Assembly (NCBI GenBank): GCA_044229845.1
Contig: JBGASG010000015.1
Span: 1 to 57,827, forward strand
Length of the DNA: 57,827 nt
DNA from: Candidatus Obscuribacteraceae bacterium
GTDB lineage: Bacteria; Cyanobacteriota; Vampirovibrionia; Obscuribacterales; Obscuribacteraceae
Direction: 5' to 3'
Part shown: one piece after another, positions 9,829-18,612 of the stretch
Layout: each line of letters starts with the position of its first letter
How positions within the stretch are numbered: position 1 is the stretch's first letter
Made by a program: the position numbers and the translations under genes
The notes under the pieces: generated by a model
Databases searched by the model: none
The model's input: the letters and a program-made list of their open reading frames with translations, nothing else
What the model was told of the DNA's origin: nothing

Positions 9829-10716
9829 CTATTGAGACTTACGGTTTGATGATGATGCAGGTTGCTGGAAGTGAACGGTGACGAAGTGATCAATCGTAGC
9901 AAAACAATGAGTCACCGAGTCAAATGTTTTCATCGCCTGGTTCCATTCTCTCAGTCCAGCCAGCTGTTCGAGCTGCAAACAGAGGAGAGACATCTCTTTG
10001 GCTCCCAGCGAGGCGCTGGCGCCTTTTAACTCGTGGGCGATGCGCTGTACCAGTTCTTGCTTTTGCTCGGCTATGCCGGAATCGAGTTCCTCGATTTGCT
10101 TGCGCCCAGCCTCCAGAAAGAGGTGCAGGACGCCTGCCAGTTGCTTGGTGCCGTAAAACATCTCCAGCTCGCGCAGGTTCAACGGATCGCGCTCATAGAA
10201 TGCCGGAGTGGCATGCACCGCCATGTCTTCCAGCACAAGGGTGAACTCGCGATCCATCCAAAGGGTCAGTTTATTCTTCAGGCTCTCGCGATCGATCGGC
10301 TTGCTGATGTAGTCGTCCATCCCCGCCGCAATGCATCTCTCGCGGTCTCCAACCATGGCGGATGCCGTGACGGCGATAATGGGGATGTGCCGCCCCAGGT
10401 GGGCTTCACGCTCCCGAATCATCTTGGTGGCTGCAAAGCCGTCCATTTCAGGCATGTGGCAGTCCATCAACACAATCGGGTAGTCGTGCATGAACACTGC
10501 TTCTACCGCTTGCAGCCCGTTTTCCACCACGTGCGCTCTCAGCCCCAGCTGTTCCAGCAAAAGGGTGACCAGCCTCTGGTTGACTACGTTGTCCTCGGCG
10601 ACCAAAACGGTTTTATGAAGTTCATCTAGTTGTTTCTCGTCTGTTGATACAGGCGAGGCTTCGCCCTCGGGCAAAGCGCCGAGATCGCCAGCCGGGTTTA
10701 CTTCCGGGTGTGTCAT
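9829..10716 (-). CDS. Response regulator with receiver + Hpt domains
   Basis: VLVAEDN..NQ, MDCHMPEMDG, GMDDYISKP, then AHELKGAS; ATG 10716 after GGAGAG. Confidence 0.9.
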   Translation of the reverse strand: MTHPEVNPAGDLGALPEGEASPVSTDEKQLDELHKTVLVAEDNVVNQRLVTLLLEQLGLRAHVVENGLQAVEAVFMHDYPIVLMDCHMPEMDGFAATKMIREREAHLGRHIPIIAVTASAMVGDRERCIAAGMDDYISKPIDRESLKNKLTLWMDREFTLVLEDMAVHATPAFYERDPLNLRELEMFYGTKQLAGVLHLFLEAGRKQIEELDSGIAEQKQELVQRIAHELKGASASLGAKEMSLLCLQLEQLAGLREWNQAMKTFDSVTHCFATIDHFVTVHFQQPASSSNRKSQ

Positions 10717-10899
10717 GCCAGGCTCTCCAGGGGCGTGAGTTGTCAAATTGAAAGCCTTTGATACTGACGGGTGACGGGCTTGGCAGTTCCGGACGACCGT
10801 CTTGTATGGGAAATTGTTCGCCTTTAATGCTGATCTGTCAAACGCCGGAAACATAGTGTCTTGGCGCGATGTTCTGAATTTGCCTGCTGTCATTATGCA

Positions 10900-12402
10900 A
10901 TGCAAATACAAGCATCACCCGCTCCGGATGCTGAAACGGGTAGAATCGGTCAGTCGTCAATCGGACGCCCCATCGCTCGTACTCCAAGGATTAGCTCGGT
11001 GTCACGTTTCAGGAAGCTGCTCTGCCTCGCAGGATTGTTCGGACTGACCACGGTTCAGTTGCCTGTTTCTTCAGGCAGCCAGTCGGTGGGAAGCGATCTG
11101 GGGATAGTCGAAGAGCATCCCATCGAATTTACATCGCCAGCGATCAAAGAAGGCATGCAGGCGCAGATTGTTAAACGGCGCATCACTATTCAGCCGGGCA
11201 TTCTCTGGGTCAACGATCGGCAGATAGTTTTGAAGAAAGAGCTGATCGTCGATGTGCCCAATTGCCCGCTTCTGGCGGTGAAAAACGAACCTTTGCCGCT
11301 GACCGCGGCAGGAAACAAGGGCATTTCATCGAAACACTTGCTGAAAGCATCGAGAGCTTGCGACACCGATCAAGCACCGATTCAAGGTGTGATTGCGCCG
11401 GGCTCCATTCGCGTCAAGCCGTCAACTGCCGACGCCAATTACTTCAAACAGAAAGTCGACTACGCCTTCGATCTCAGTTGGGGCTCGCTCTCTCGCATGG
11501 CGGAAGGCAGCACCATCAAGGACGGGCAGACGGTTTATTGCGACTACACTTATTTCACGCGCCGCATCGACACTTTGATCGTCGATGAAAACGGCAAGAT
11601 GAAGCTTGTCACCGGCAAACCTAATCGCACCGCGCCTGAGCCTCCGGCCATCGATCATCACTGTTTACCGCTGGCCAACATTTACGCCGAACCTGGTGCC
11701 GAGCCTCTGAAAGTCAGTGATTTCATGCCGATTTCAGCAGTCGGACCGGCCATCGAATCGACTCAGCGACGCGAAGCCAATCGCCGCGCACTGCACCGGT
11801 CGCTCGCGAAGCTGAAGGCGGGGCATCCGATCAAGATTTGTTTCTGGGGCGATAGTATCACCGCTGGTGCGGACGCCAGCAGTTATGACTACTCCTTTGC
11901 CAACACCGTGGTGATGAAACTGAAGGAGAAGTTTCCTAACGCTCACATCGAAGCCGTGAACGCGGGCATTGGCGGCAGCAACACAAAGGGACGGTTGAAG
12001 GACTTTGAGACACAGGTCGCCGCGCACAAACCGGATTTGATCATCGTCGAATTCGTCAACGACGTGCACCAACCGCGCGAAGTTCTGGAGGTCAATTATC
12101 GCCTGGTGGCGAACAAGGCAGACAAAGCCGGAGCGGAGCTGCTGCTTGTTAATCCGCATTTGCCGGCACCGGTCTTGCTGGGCGTGGTCGACTGGGGGCT
12201 CGTTTCCAAGGCACCATTCTATTCGGTGTTGCGTAAGTTCGCTGCAGAGCACGATGTCGCTTTCGCGGATGTAACCAAGCGCTGGGAACGGCTACAAAAA
12301 GAAGGCTTGACGCCCGAGTTGCTGTTAGTCGACAGGCTCGTCCACCCGAACAACAAGGGACATGGGCTATACGCAGAAGAAATATTGAAGTGTTTCGATT
12401 AG
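10900..12402 (+). CDS. SGNH/GDSL hydrolase with extra N-terminal domains, probably exported
   Basis: GDSIT, NAGIGG, EFVND, DRLVHPN blocks; start uncertain. Confidence 0.85.
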   Translation: MQIQASPAPDAETGRIGQSSIGRPIARTPRISSVSRFRKLLCLAGLFGLTTVQLPVSSGSQSVGSDLGIVEEHPIEFTSPAIKEGMQAQIVKRRITIQPGILWVNDRQIVLKKELIVDVPNCPLLAVKNEPLPLTAAGNKGISSKHLLKASRACDTDQAPIQGVIAPGSIRVKPSTADANYFKQKVDYAFDLSWGSLSRMAEGSTIKDGQTVYCDYTYFTRRIDTLIVDENGKMKLVTGKPNRTAPEPPAIDHHCLPLANIYAEPGAEPLKVSDFMPISAVGPAIESTQRREANRRALHRSLAKLKAGHPIKICFWGDSITAGADASSYDYSFANTVVMKLKEKFPNAHIEAVNAGIGGSNTKGRLKDFETQVAAHKPDLIIVEFVNDVHQPREVLEVNYRLVANKADKAGAELLLVNPHLPAPVLLGVVDWGLVSKAPFYSVLRKFAAEHDVAFADVTKRWERLQKEGLTPELLLVDRLVHPNNKGHGLYAEEILKCFD

Positions 12403-12425
12403 ATAAGGTCTAGTAAACTACCGGC

Positions 12426-12761
12426 ATGGCAATCACGGATGACAATAAAGATAGGCTCAAGCTGCGGCTTTCCAAAGCAATCGGGCACCTCAACCATGTG
12501 CACAAAATGGTTGATGAAAAACGTTATTGCATCGATGTGCTGCACCAGCTGAAAGCGGTGCAATCAGCTCTCGATCGCACTGCCGAACTTATGCTCAAGC
12601 AACACCTCAATACTTGCGTGGTGGAAGCAGTTCAAAACAATGATTCTGATCGAGTCATGGAAGAGTTGTGGCAACTGCTGCGCAACACCAATTCTGCGAC
12701 CGCTGAAGATGAAGAAGAACTGGCAACTTCGGCGACATCAAAATCTAAGTGCTGCGGTTAG
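12426..12761 (+). CDS. CsoR/RcnR-family metal-sensing repressor
   Basis: RLSKAIGHL..MV..YCIDVLHQL.AV..AL..HLNTC. Confidence 0.93.
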   Translation: MAITDDNKDRLKLRLSKAIGHLNHVHKMVDEKRYCIDVLHQLKAVQSALDRTAELMLKQHLNTCVVEAVQNNDSDRVMEELWQLLRNTNSATAEDEEELATSATSKSKCCG

Positions 12762-15103
12762 GCATTCTTCAGAATATTATTGAGCAATTCGTTGCCGGCA
12801 TAGACTCCGCCTTTGCCGTCGCCACCGGCACCACCGTTGGGTCCTGAGCCGGAGAGAATTTCGTAGCCGATGCCGATGTGCAGGTGCGCGCCGGTGCCTT
12901 TGGCGTTGCCGGTATCGCCGACCTTGCCGATCTGCTGACCTTGTTTGACATGATCGCCTGCCTGCAACGGGGATGGTTCGATCATGTGCGCATGATAAGC
13001 CACCAGACCATTGTCGAAGCGAATCGTGATGGTGTTGCCGCCCAGGCTGTTGGAACCGGAATTGACGACGACGCCGTCGCGCATGGCTAAAATCGGTGTC
13101 CCGGGATTGGCGAAGATATCTGCGGCGCCATGACCGGAGCCGTGATGCAGTGGAATCGACTTGCCCTGGAAGCCGGCTACCGGAAAAACATAACCCATTG
13201 CGGAAAGGGCCTCCGGGCTCTGCACGTCGGCAGTGATGGCATCGAAGATCTGGTCGAGATGTTGGAAGCGCGCCATTGCTCCGGGGCGATCGCTGTTGGC
13301 GGCGATCTTGGGAATCAGCTCGGCCTCATTGCTGAGCGGCTGACCGTTCTTCTGCAGTCCGGCGCCTTGCAATACCGATTCGGCCCCGCCGAAGCCTTTC
13401 TGATTGGCGATGTCGGCGACCAGTGCCAGACCAAGTTCTGTGCGCAGTCCGTAGTCATATCCCAGTTGTGCTGCCGAACGAACGAAGTCGCGAGCCAGGG
13501 CCTTTTGAACAGCCTGGAAGTCTTTGTCGCCCAGCGCTGTTTCCATGCGCTTCATGAGGTCGGGATCGCCCGCCATATCGGCATTGCGGACCCAGTTTTC
13601 GTTCAATAGCTTGTCTGCATATGGTCCGAAGATATCTTTGAACTTGCCGTCCAGTTTCGAAACATCGACGCCGTCCTTTTTCAAAGACGCCTGTGCATCT
13701 TGCGACAGTCCCTGTCCATCGAAGGCTTTCATCAATGTGGGCAGTTCGCCGCCCTTCTGGTTCCACTGACGGATGCCGACTGAAATGCCGTAGCCGTTGT
13801 CATTGGGATTGATAGACGTGAAGGTGCCTTCGTTGCCGGCGACGGCCGTTACGACGCGGTCGACGAAGCTCTCTGTGAGTCCGATTTTGCCGCCGCTATC
13901 GGTGTTGGTGACGGGTGATGTATCGCCGCGGAATCCGCCGCCGCCGTCTCTGACTGAGCCGCGACCGCCGCCGCTGCCGCCGGCACCACCGCCGCCGATG
14001 CCACCACCACCACCACCACCACCGCCGCCACCGATGACGTTGCCACCACCGACGCCACCGCCGCCGATCGGTTTCGGGATATAACGGGGAGGCGGAACGG
14101 GTTGACCTTCGATCTTGACCCACTCATCAGGCATGGTGACGCCGGGGTTGTTGAGCTGGAAGTACTTCATCAAGTCGCGCACGGCAGCCTTTTGCGCCAG
14201 TGCCATTTCGCCTTCCGAATTGTCCACTTCGTAGACGATCCAGGTCTTTTCATCGGCGCCGGCATTAGGATTGTTCGGATTGAGCTTGATGTTGCCGTCC
14301 TTATCAATGATCAGGTCGGCGTCTTTTTTATTTTCGTCCGTGAGTTTGTCGAACTTGAGTTCGGTGGTTCTGTCCAGAACATCCTTAATGACGAGGAGTT
14401 CCCAGTTGGACGGCACCTTGTCGGGCGATTTGGCCATCAAGTAGTCGTAGATCGACCGCAGCGCTGCCCTGGTCGCATTCAGGTCGGCGCTGCCACTGGC
14501 GTCCAGTGATTTGGCGAACTCGATGATCACTGCTGCATCGGAAGCCAGCGGTTTGTTGGGGTTGAGAGTTACATTGCCCTGTTCATCGACGAGGATGTCG
14601 GCTTCGGGATCGCCAGGTTTAGCCGCACCTTTTGTGCGAGTGGAAATCGACTTTGCATCATCAAGACGCTTCGCGACATCAGGGTTTTTTGCGATGGCGT
14701 TGTTTTCCAGCCGCTTGGCGGGGTCGACCGCGGTCTCATTGTTGTCTGGCGCACCGTCATAAGCATATGGATCGCCATCGGTGACTTTTCCGTTGCCGGA
14801 TGTGCCGTCCGTCGGCGTGCCGGTGTATCCGTACGGATCGCCGCCGGCGATGACGATACTGCCGCCATTTTCATCGGTGCCGCTGGTGCGGGACACGACA
14901 TCATTGCTGCCAGGGTTGGCAGCGGCGACATACGGGCTGTCGAAATTCAATTGTTTGGGTTGACCAGTGTATCTGCGGTTGCCCAGGCCTTTTTGTTCGA
15001 GATACGGAGTTACGAGGTTGCCCTCGTCGCCTGTACCTTGGCCGGACGCGCTGATTCCACCGTCACCGACTGCTGCGGGAGCAGTGACGTCACTGTGACT
15101 CAT
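12758..15103 (-). CDS. Multidomain peptidoglycan hydrolase: acidic N-terminus, two repeats, Gly linker, lysozyme-like domain, M23 peptidase
   Basis: M23 motifs HGAAD, YHAH, GDTGNA..AHLH; central NEG..SINPND.G..ISVGIRQWN is muramidase-like. Confidence 0.85.
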   Translation of the reverse strand: MSHSDVTAPAAVGDGGISASGQGTGDEGNLVTPYLEQKGLGNRRYTGQPKQLNFDSPYVAAANPGSNDVVSRTSGTDENGGSIVIAGGDPYGYTGTPTDGTSGNGKVTDGDPYAYDGAPDNNETAVDPAKRLENNAIAKNPDVAKRLDDAKSISTRTKGAAKPGDPEADILVDEQGNVTLNPNKPLASDAAVIIEFAKSLDASGSADLNATRAALRSIYDYLMAKSPDKVPSNWELLVIKDVLDRTTELKFDKLTDENKKDADLIIDKDGNIKLNPNNPNAGADEKTWIVYEVDNSEGEMALAQKAAVRDLMKYFQLNNPGVTMPDEWVKIEGQPVPPPRYIPKPIGGGGVGGGNVIGGGGGGGGGGGIGGGGAGGSGGGRGSVRDGGGGFRGDTSPVTNTDSGGKIGLTESFVDRVVTAVAGNEGTFTSINPNDNGYGISVGIRQWNQKGGELPTLMKAFDGQGLSQDAQASLKKDGVDVSKLDGKFKDIFGPYADKLLNENWVRNADMAGDPDLMKRMETALGDKDFQAVQKALARDFVRSAAQLGYDYGLRTELGLALVADIANQKGFGGAESVLQGAGLQKNGQPLSNEAELIPKIAANSDRPGAMARFQHLDQIFDAITADVQSPEALSAMGYVFPVAGFQGKSIPLHHGSGHGAADIFANPGTPILAMRDGVVVNSGSNSLGGNTITIRFDNGLVAYHAHMIEPSPLQAGDHVKQGQQIGKVGDTGNAKGTGAHLHIGIGYEILSGSGPNGGAGGDGKGGVYAGNELLNNILKNA

Positions 15104-15242
15104 GCGGGAGTGAACCTACCGGGGCTAGCGGAAGTTTGCGGGTTAGCAGCGTAAATATGGCGTATAAGACCGGATTGGACAATGGTGGAAATACGAACCT
15201 GATCGCAGTGACATGGCACTGCCGGCGGTTTTCGGCGGGTCG

Positions 15243-15404
15243 TCAGTGACGATTGTGCCGCTTGTGCACCGCTCGCAAAATACGAGCCGTCGGATGAAAT
15301 ATGTCGAAGGCGGCGTTCAGGATGCCGGAGATGTCATCACCGACGGTGAGCAGCAGCACGAACGCGATGATCGAAAGAACGAAGAGGAGTTGCAAGAAAA
15401 ACAT
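15243..15404 (-). CDS. Putative 53-aa single-TM small protein (below the ORF-track size cutoff)
   Basis: MFFLQLLFVLSIIAFVLLLTVGDDISGILNAAFDIFHPTARILRAVHKRHNRH; GGAG 6 nt upstream. Confidence 0.5.
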   Translation of the reverse strand: MFFLQLLFVLSIIAFVLLLTVGDDISGILNAAFDIFHPTARILRAVHKRHNRH

Positions 15405-15759
15405 GCCGAGCTCCGAATTTGAAAAAAGAGAATAGTGCGAGACTGACTATGGGCAAAACCAGCACGCAGGCCAGCCGCTGGTGATGAAACGGCAGAAACG
15501 TTTTGGTGCCGATGAACAACTCTTCCAGGAACAGTAATGCGGGCAAGAATGCCATCACTATCAGAGCCATTCGCGGATGGCGCCGCAAAACCGGCAAGGT
15601 GATCAACAGTGACACCATAGACAGTGTCGTGGCCAGATGCAATTGTCGTTCGGTCTGGGTGAGCACCTGGTTGAATCCAGGCAAGAGGGTCGTAAGAATC
15701 TGTACGCCGATGCAGACTAAAGCTGCCCCGCGCAGTGGGGTTATTCGCTTGCAAAACAT
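15337..15759 (-). CDS. Possible hypothetical membrane protein
   Basis: Four hydrophobic stretches, but no clear RBS and it overlaps the small ORF. Confidence 0.35.
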   Translation of the reverse strand: MFCKRITPLRGAALVCIGVQILTTLLPGFNQVLTQTERQLHLATTLSMVSLLITLPVLRRHPRMALIVMAFLPALLFLEELFIGTKTFLPFHHQRLACVLVLPIVSLALFSFFKFGARHVFLATPLRSFDHRVRAAAHRR

Positions 15760-16093
15760 TTTGGTTTAGGGGGTGGTCATCTGTCGGATAGATAGGCCGA
15801 TTTGAGACAGCGGTAAGCGATACATCCGTAAACCACCGTCACACCCAGCAAGGCAATTTCCGGATTCAGCAAAATACTCTTGAAGGCTGGTTTGCAAATG
15901 AAGTCGATCCAGAAAATTCCGAGACCTGTGCCTGGCATATCTCCTCCTGCCGATGTCGATCTGGATCTGCGTGCACGAATAACCGCCGTCCAGCAATCGC
16001 TGGTGCGGAGCGGGTTTATGGTGTGCGCAAATCTTTTCCTCGGTATAGATAATCGCCGAGACTGATTAAGGCTGGGTTAAGGAGATCACTTGA

Positions 16094-18502
16094 TCAGCTG
16101 CGCTTTTCTATTTGCGCGATGATCTCTTCTTCTCGCTTTATCTCGTCTTTTTGCGCCAGTTTTTTGTAGGCATTGAGAAGCCCGCGATGAGCATCCAGTG
16201 AGGCTGGATAGAGTTCTGCCGCGCGCTTGTAGTTGACTGCCGCCTCGGCGTTTTGCCCGGAAGTCATGTAGACATCACCAATCACTACGTAAGCCGGCAC
16301 GTGATAAGGATTAACTTCTATCGACCGCTTGGCAGCATTGCCGGATTTCTCCAGCTCGTTGCGTTTCAAGTAAACCCGGCTCTGTGCTTCCAGAGCGACG
16401 AATGATTTGGGATTCAATTCGACGGCTTTGTTGGCGTTCGTCAATGCGTCGTCGTTCTTGCCGCCCGCCAAAAGGTCGAGTGCGTATTCGGCATAAGCGT
16501 CGGATTGCCGTTCGGCATCATCTTTGATCTCAGTGGCGCGTTTGGCGAATTCTTGTGCCTTGGCGGCGTCGCCTTTCAACCGTTGCATGTGGGCTTGCGA
16601 GATCAGCCACGGCATTTCGTTTTTGGTCGCTTCCGGAGCATCGTTGAGCGCTGTCGCGGCGGTGTCTACTTTGCCCAGCTTGAGGAGCGTATCAGCGTAC
16701 GCAACCCGCATCTTGTTTTTGTCATCGGCGCTCTGCGCGTCAAAAAAGTCAGTCAGACCTTTGGTAGAGTCGGCGGTGCGATCGCGCATCGCTTTGGCCT
16801 GCAACATGACGAATTTATCTTCGCGTTGCTTGGCTGCATCGCGTTCGCTGGCTGCTACCACATCCAGGTTGAGCAGCGCTTCTGCGTATCTGCCCTCGGT
16901 GAGCAGGAGTGTGCCCAGCGCACGCATGACATCAAGTCGATTCGATTGGCTGCCCGTCAACTGCTGCAGTGCCAGGGCGGTGACCAGTGCTGTTTCTGCC
17001 TGTACATAATCTTCTGTCTGCGCGTAGGTGTATCCCAGTGCCACCAGATCTTCGACAGAGCTGGGATTTATGTTTAACGCACGAGTGAACGCCTTGCTGG
17101 CTGCCGGGTAGTCCTTCTTCTCTATAAAGATGGCGCCCAGTTCGCGGTGAGCGCGCGGGTCGGTGGAGTCGAGGTTGGCTGCTTCTTTCAGTTCGGCGAT
17201 TGCCTCGTCTGTCTTGCCGAGGCGGCGCAGAGATTGAGCCAGTCCGACATGCAATCCGGCTTGCTTGGGCTGCACGCTGATGGCGCGGCGATATTCTTCG
17301 ATCAGGTCTGCGTCCCGCTTGTTCTTCACCAGAAGGACGATCAACTTTTGATGGGCGACGCCGTTCGACGGAGCCAGCTTCAGTGCTTCCTTAAGACTGG
17401 CGATGGCGCTTTCGGGGTCGCCATTGTCCGCTTGCAGCGATGCCAGCTCTACCAGTTCGAACGGTTTGTCTTTGCTGAGCTCGACCGCTTTTTTCTCTTC
17501 GGCGATCGCATCATTGAGTTTCTTCTGATACTTGAAGATCGATGCTCGCGTCCGATGATAGCGGGGATTGTCCGGGCTGATATCACTGGCTTTCTGTAAT
17601 TGATCCAGAGCTTCGCGCAGCCGCCACTGCTGCAGGTAGATCTGAGCGAGGCGGTACTGATTGTTGGCATCGCCGGGACCAGACTTGATGGCGGAGTTGG
17701 CGATGTCGATGGCACCGTCGAAATCGTTGCGCAGCAGTCTCAAATCGACCAGCAAATCCTGCACTTCCCGGAAGTTGGGCTCGATTTCCAGGGCTTTGAT
17801 GTATTGCACTTCCGCTTTGTCGGGTTGCTTGAGATTTTTGTCCTGAATGAAACCGATGACCCGATAGCCCCAGGCGAAATCAGGATCTGCCTTTAAAATG
17901 CGCTCGGTGCGGGCAATCGCCTCAGGAAAGTTGGATGTTTTGGCTGCCACCGCTGCCAGTGCCAGGTTGGTAATCGGATCGGCCGAGTCCTGAGGGAGAG
18001 TTGCCGCCAGTTTTTTGGCATCGTCCCATTTTTGCTGACAGGTCAAGTTGAGGACTTCGACGATATTCTTGGCGTTGGCGGTCGCTTCTGTCTGACCGCC
18101 GCTTTTGCCGGCCAGGGTCTTCAGCTGATCGCATTTGCCCAGGAAAAGGTAGGTAAAGGCCAACCATCCTTCGTTGGTACCGACGGTGGTATCAGAAGCG
18201 GTAATCTCCTCCAGATGCGCCATGGCGTCAGGCAGGTTGCCAACGCGCATGGTGTCGTAAGTGACCTGGTCGATATTGAGCGCGGCACCGGTGTGTTTGA
18301 TCGCCGGCTTGTTTTTGGCGCCCTTGCTTTTCTTTTCTTTGTGTTCCTTGTGTTTTTTCTCGCCCTTGGTCCGACTCTTGTCTTTCTTGTCGGCCGCCAA
18401 CGCCATGCCTTGCGGCACCGCCTGTGGAGCCATGACGATGCCGGCATTGCTGAGAGCAACCAGAGCCACTGAAAGCGCCAGCGTCACGCGTCTTTGTTTC
18501 AT
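16094..18502 (-). CDS. Large exported TPR-repeat protein
   Basis: Signal peptide, Lys-rich linker, many TPR units. Confidence 0.92.
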   Translation of the reverse strand: MKQRRVTLALSVALVALSNAGIVMAPQAVPQGMALAADKKDKSRTKGEKKHKEHKEKKSKGAKNKPAIKHTGAALNIDQVTYDTMRVGNLPDAMAHLEEITASDTTVGTNEGWLAFTYLFLGKCDQLKTLAGKSGGQTEATANAKNIVEVLNLTCQQKWDDAKKLAATLPQDSADPITNLALAAVAAKTSNFPEAIARTERILKADPDFAWGYRVIGFIQDKNLKQPDKAEVQYIKALEIEPNFREVQDLLVDLRLLRNDFDGAIDIANSAIKSGPGDANNQYRLAQIYLQQWRLREALDQLQKASDISPDNPRYHRTRASIFKYQKKLNDAIAEEKKAVELSKDKPFELVELASLQADNGDPESAIASLKEALKLAPSNGVAHQKLIVLLVKNKRDADLIEEYRRAISVQPKQAGLHVGLAQSLRRLGKTDEAIAELKEAANLDSTDPRAHRELGAIFIEKKDYPAASKAFTRALNINPSSVEDLVALGYTYAQTEDYVQAETALVTALALQQLTGSQSNRLDVMRALGTLLLTEGRYAEALLNLDVVAASERDAAKQREDKFVMLQAKAMRDRTADSTKGLTDFFDAQSADDKNKMRVAYADTLLKLGKVDTAATALNDAPEATKNEMPWLISQAHMQRLKGDAAKAQEFAKRATEIKDDAERQSDAYAEYALDLLAGGKNDDALTNANKAVELNPKSFVALEAQSRVYLKRNELEKSGNAAKRSIEVNPYHVPAYVVIGDVYMTSGQNAEAAVNYKRAAELYPASLDAHRGLLNAYKKLAQKDEIKREEEIIAQIEKRS

Positions 18503-18612
18503 GATCAAGGTTCACCTTGCTAAGGGCACGCACATCTCAGACATTTTGCCATAAATAGATGTGTTACGCGTGCTTGGCAAGTGCCGCCAATCTGCTCGGG
18601 CGGGCAGAGCGG

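Noticed and set aside
13960..14070. CCA/CCG microsatellite
   Set aside because: It encodes the poly-Gly linker of the hydrolase
15880..16065. 61-aa plus-strand ORF
   Set aside because: No clear RBS or motif, so it cannot be supported
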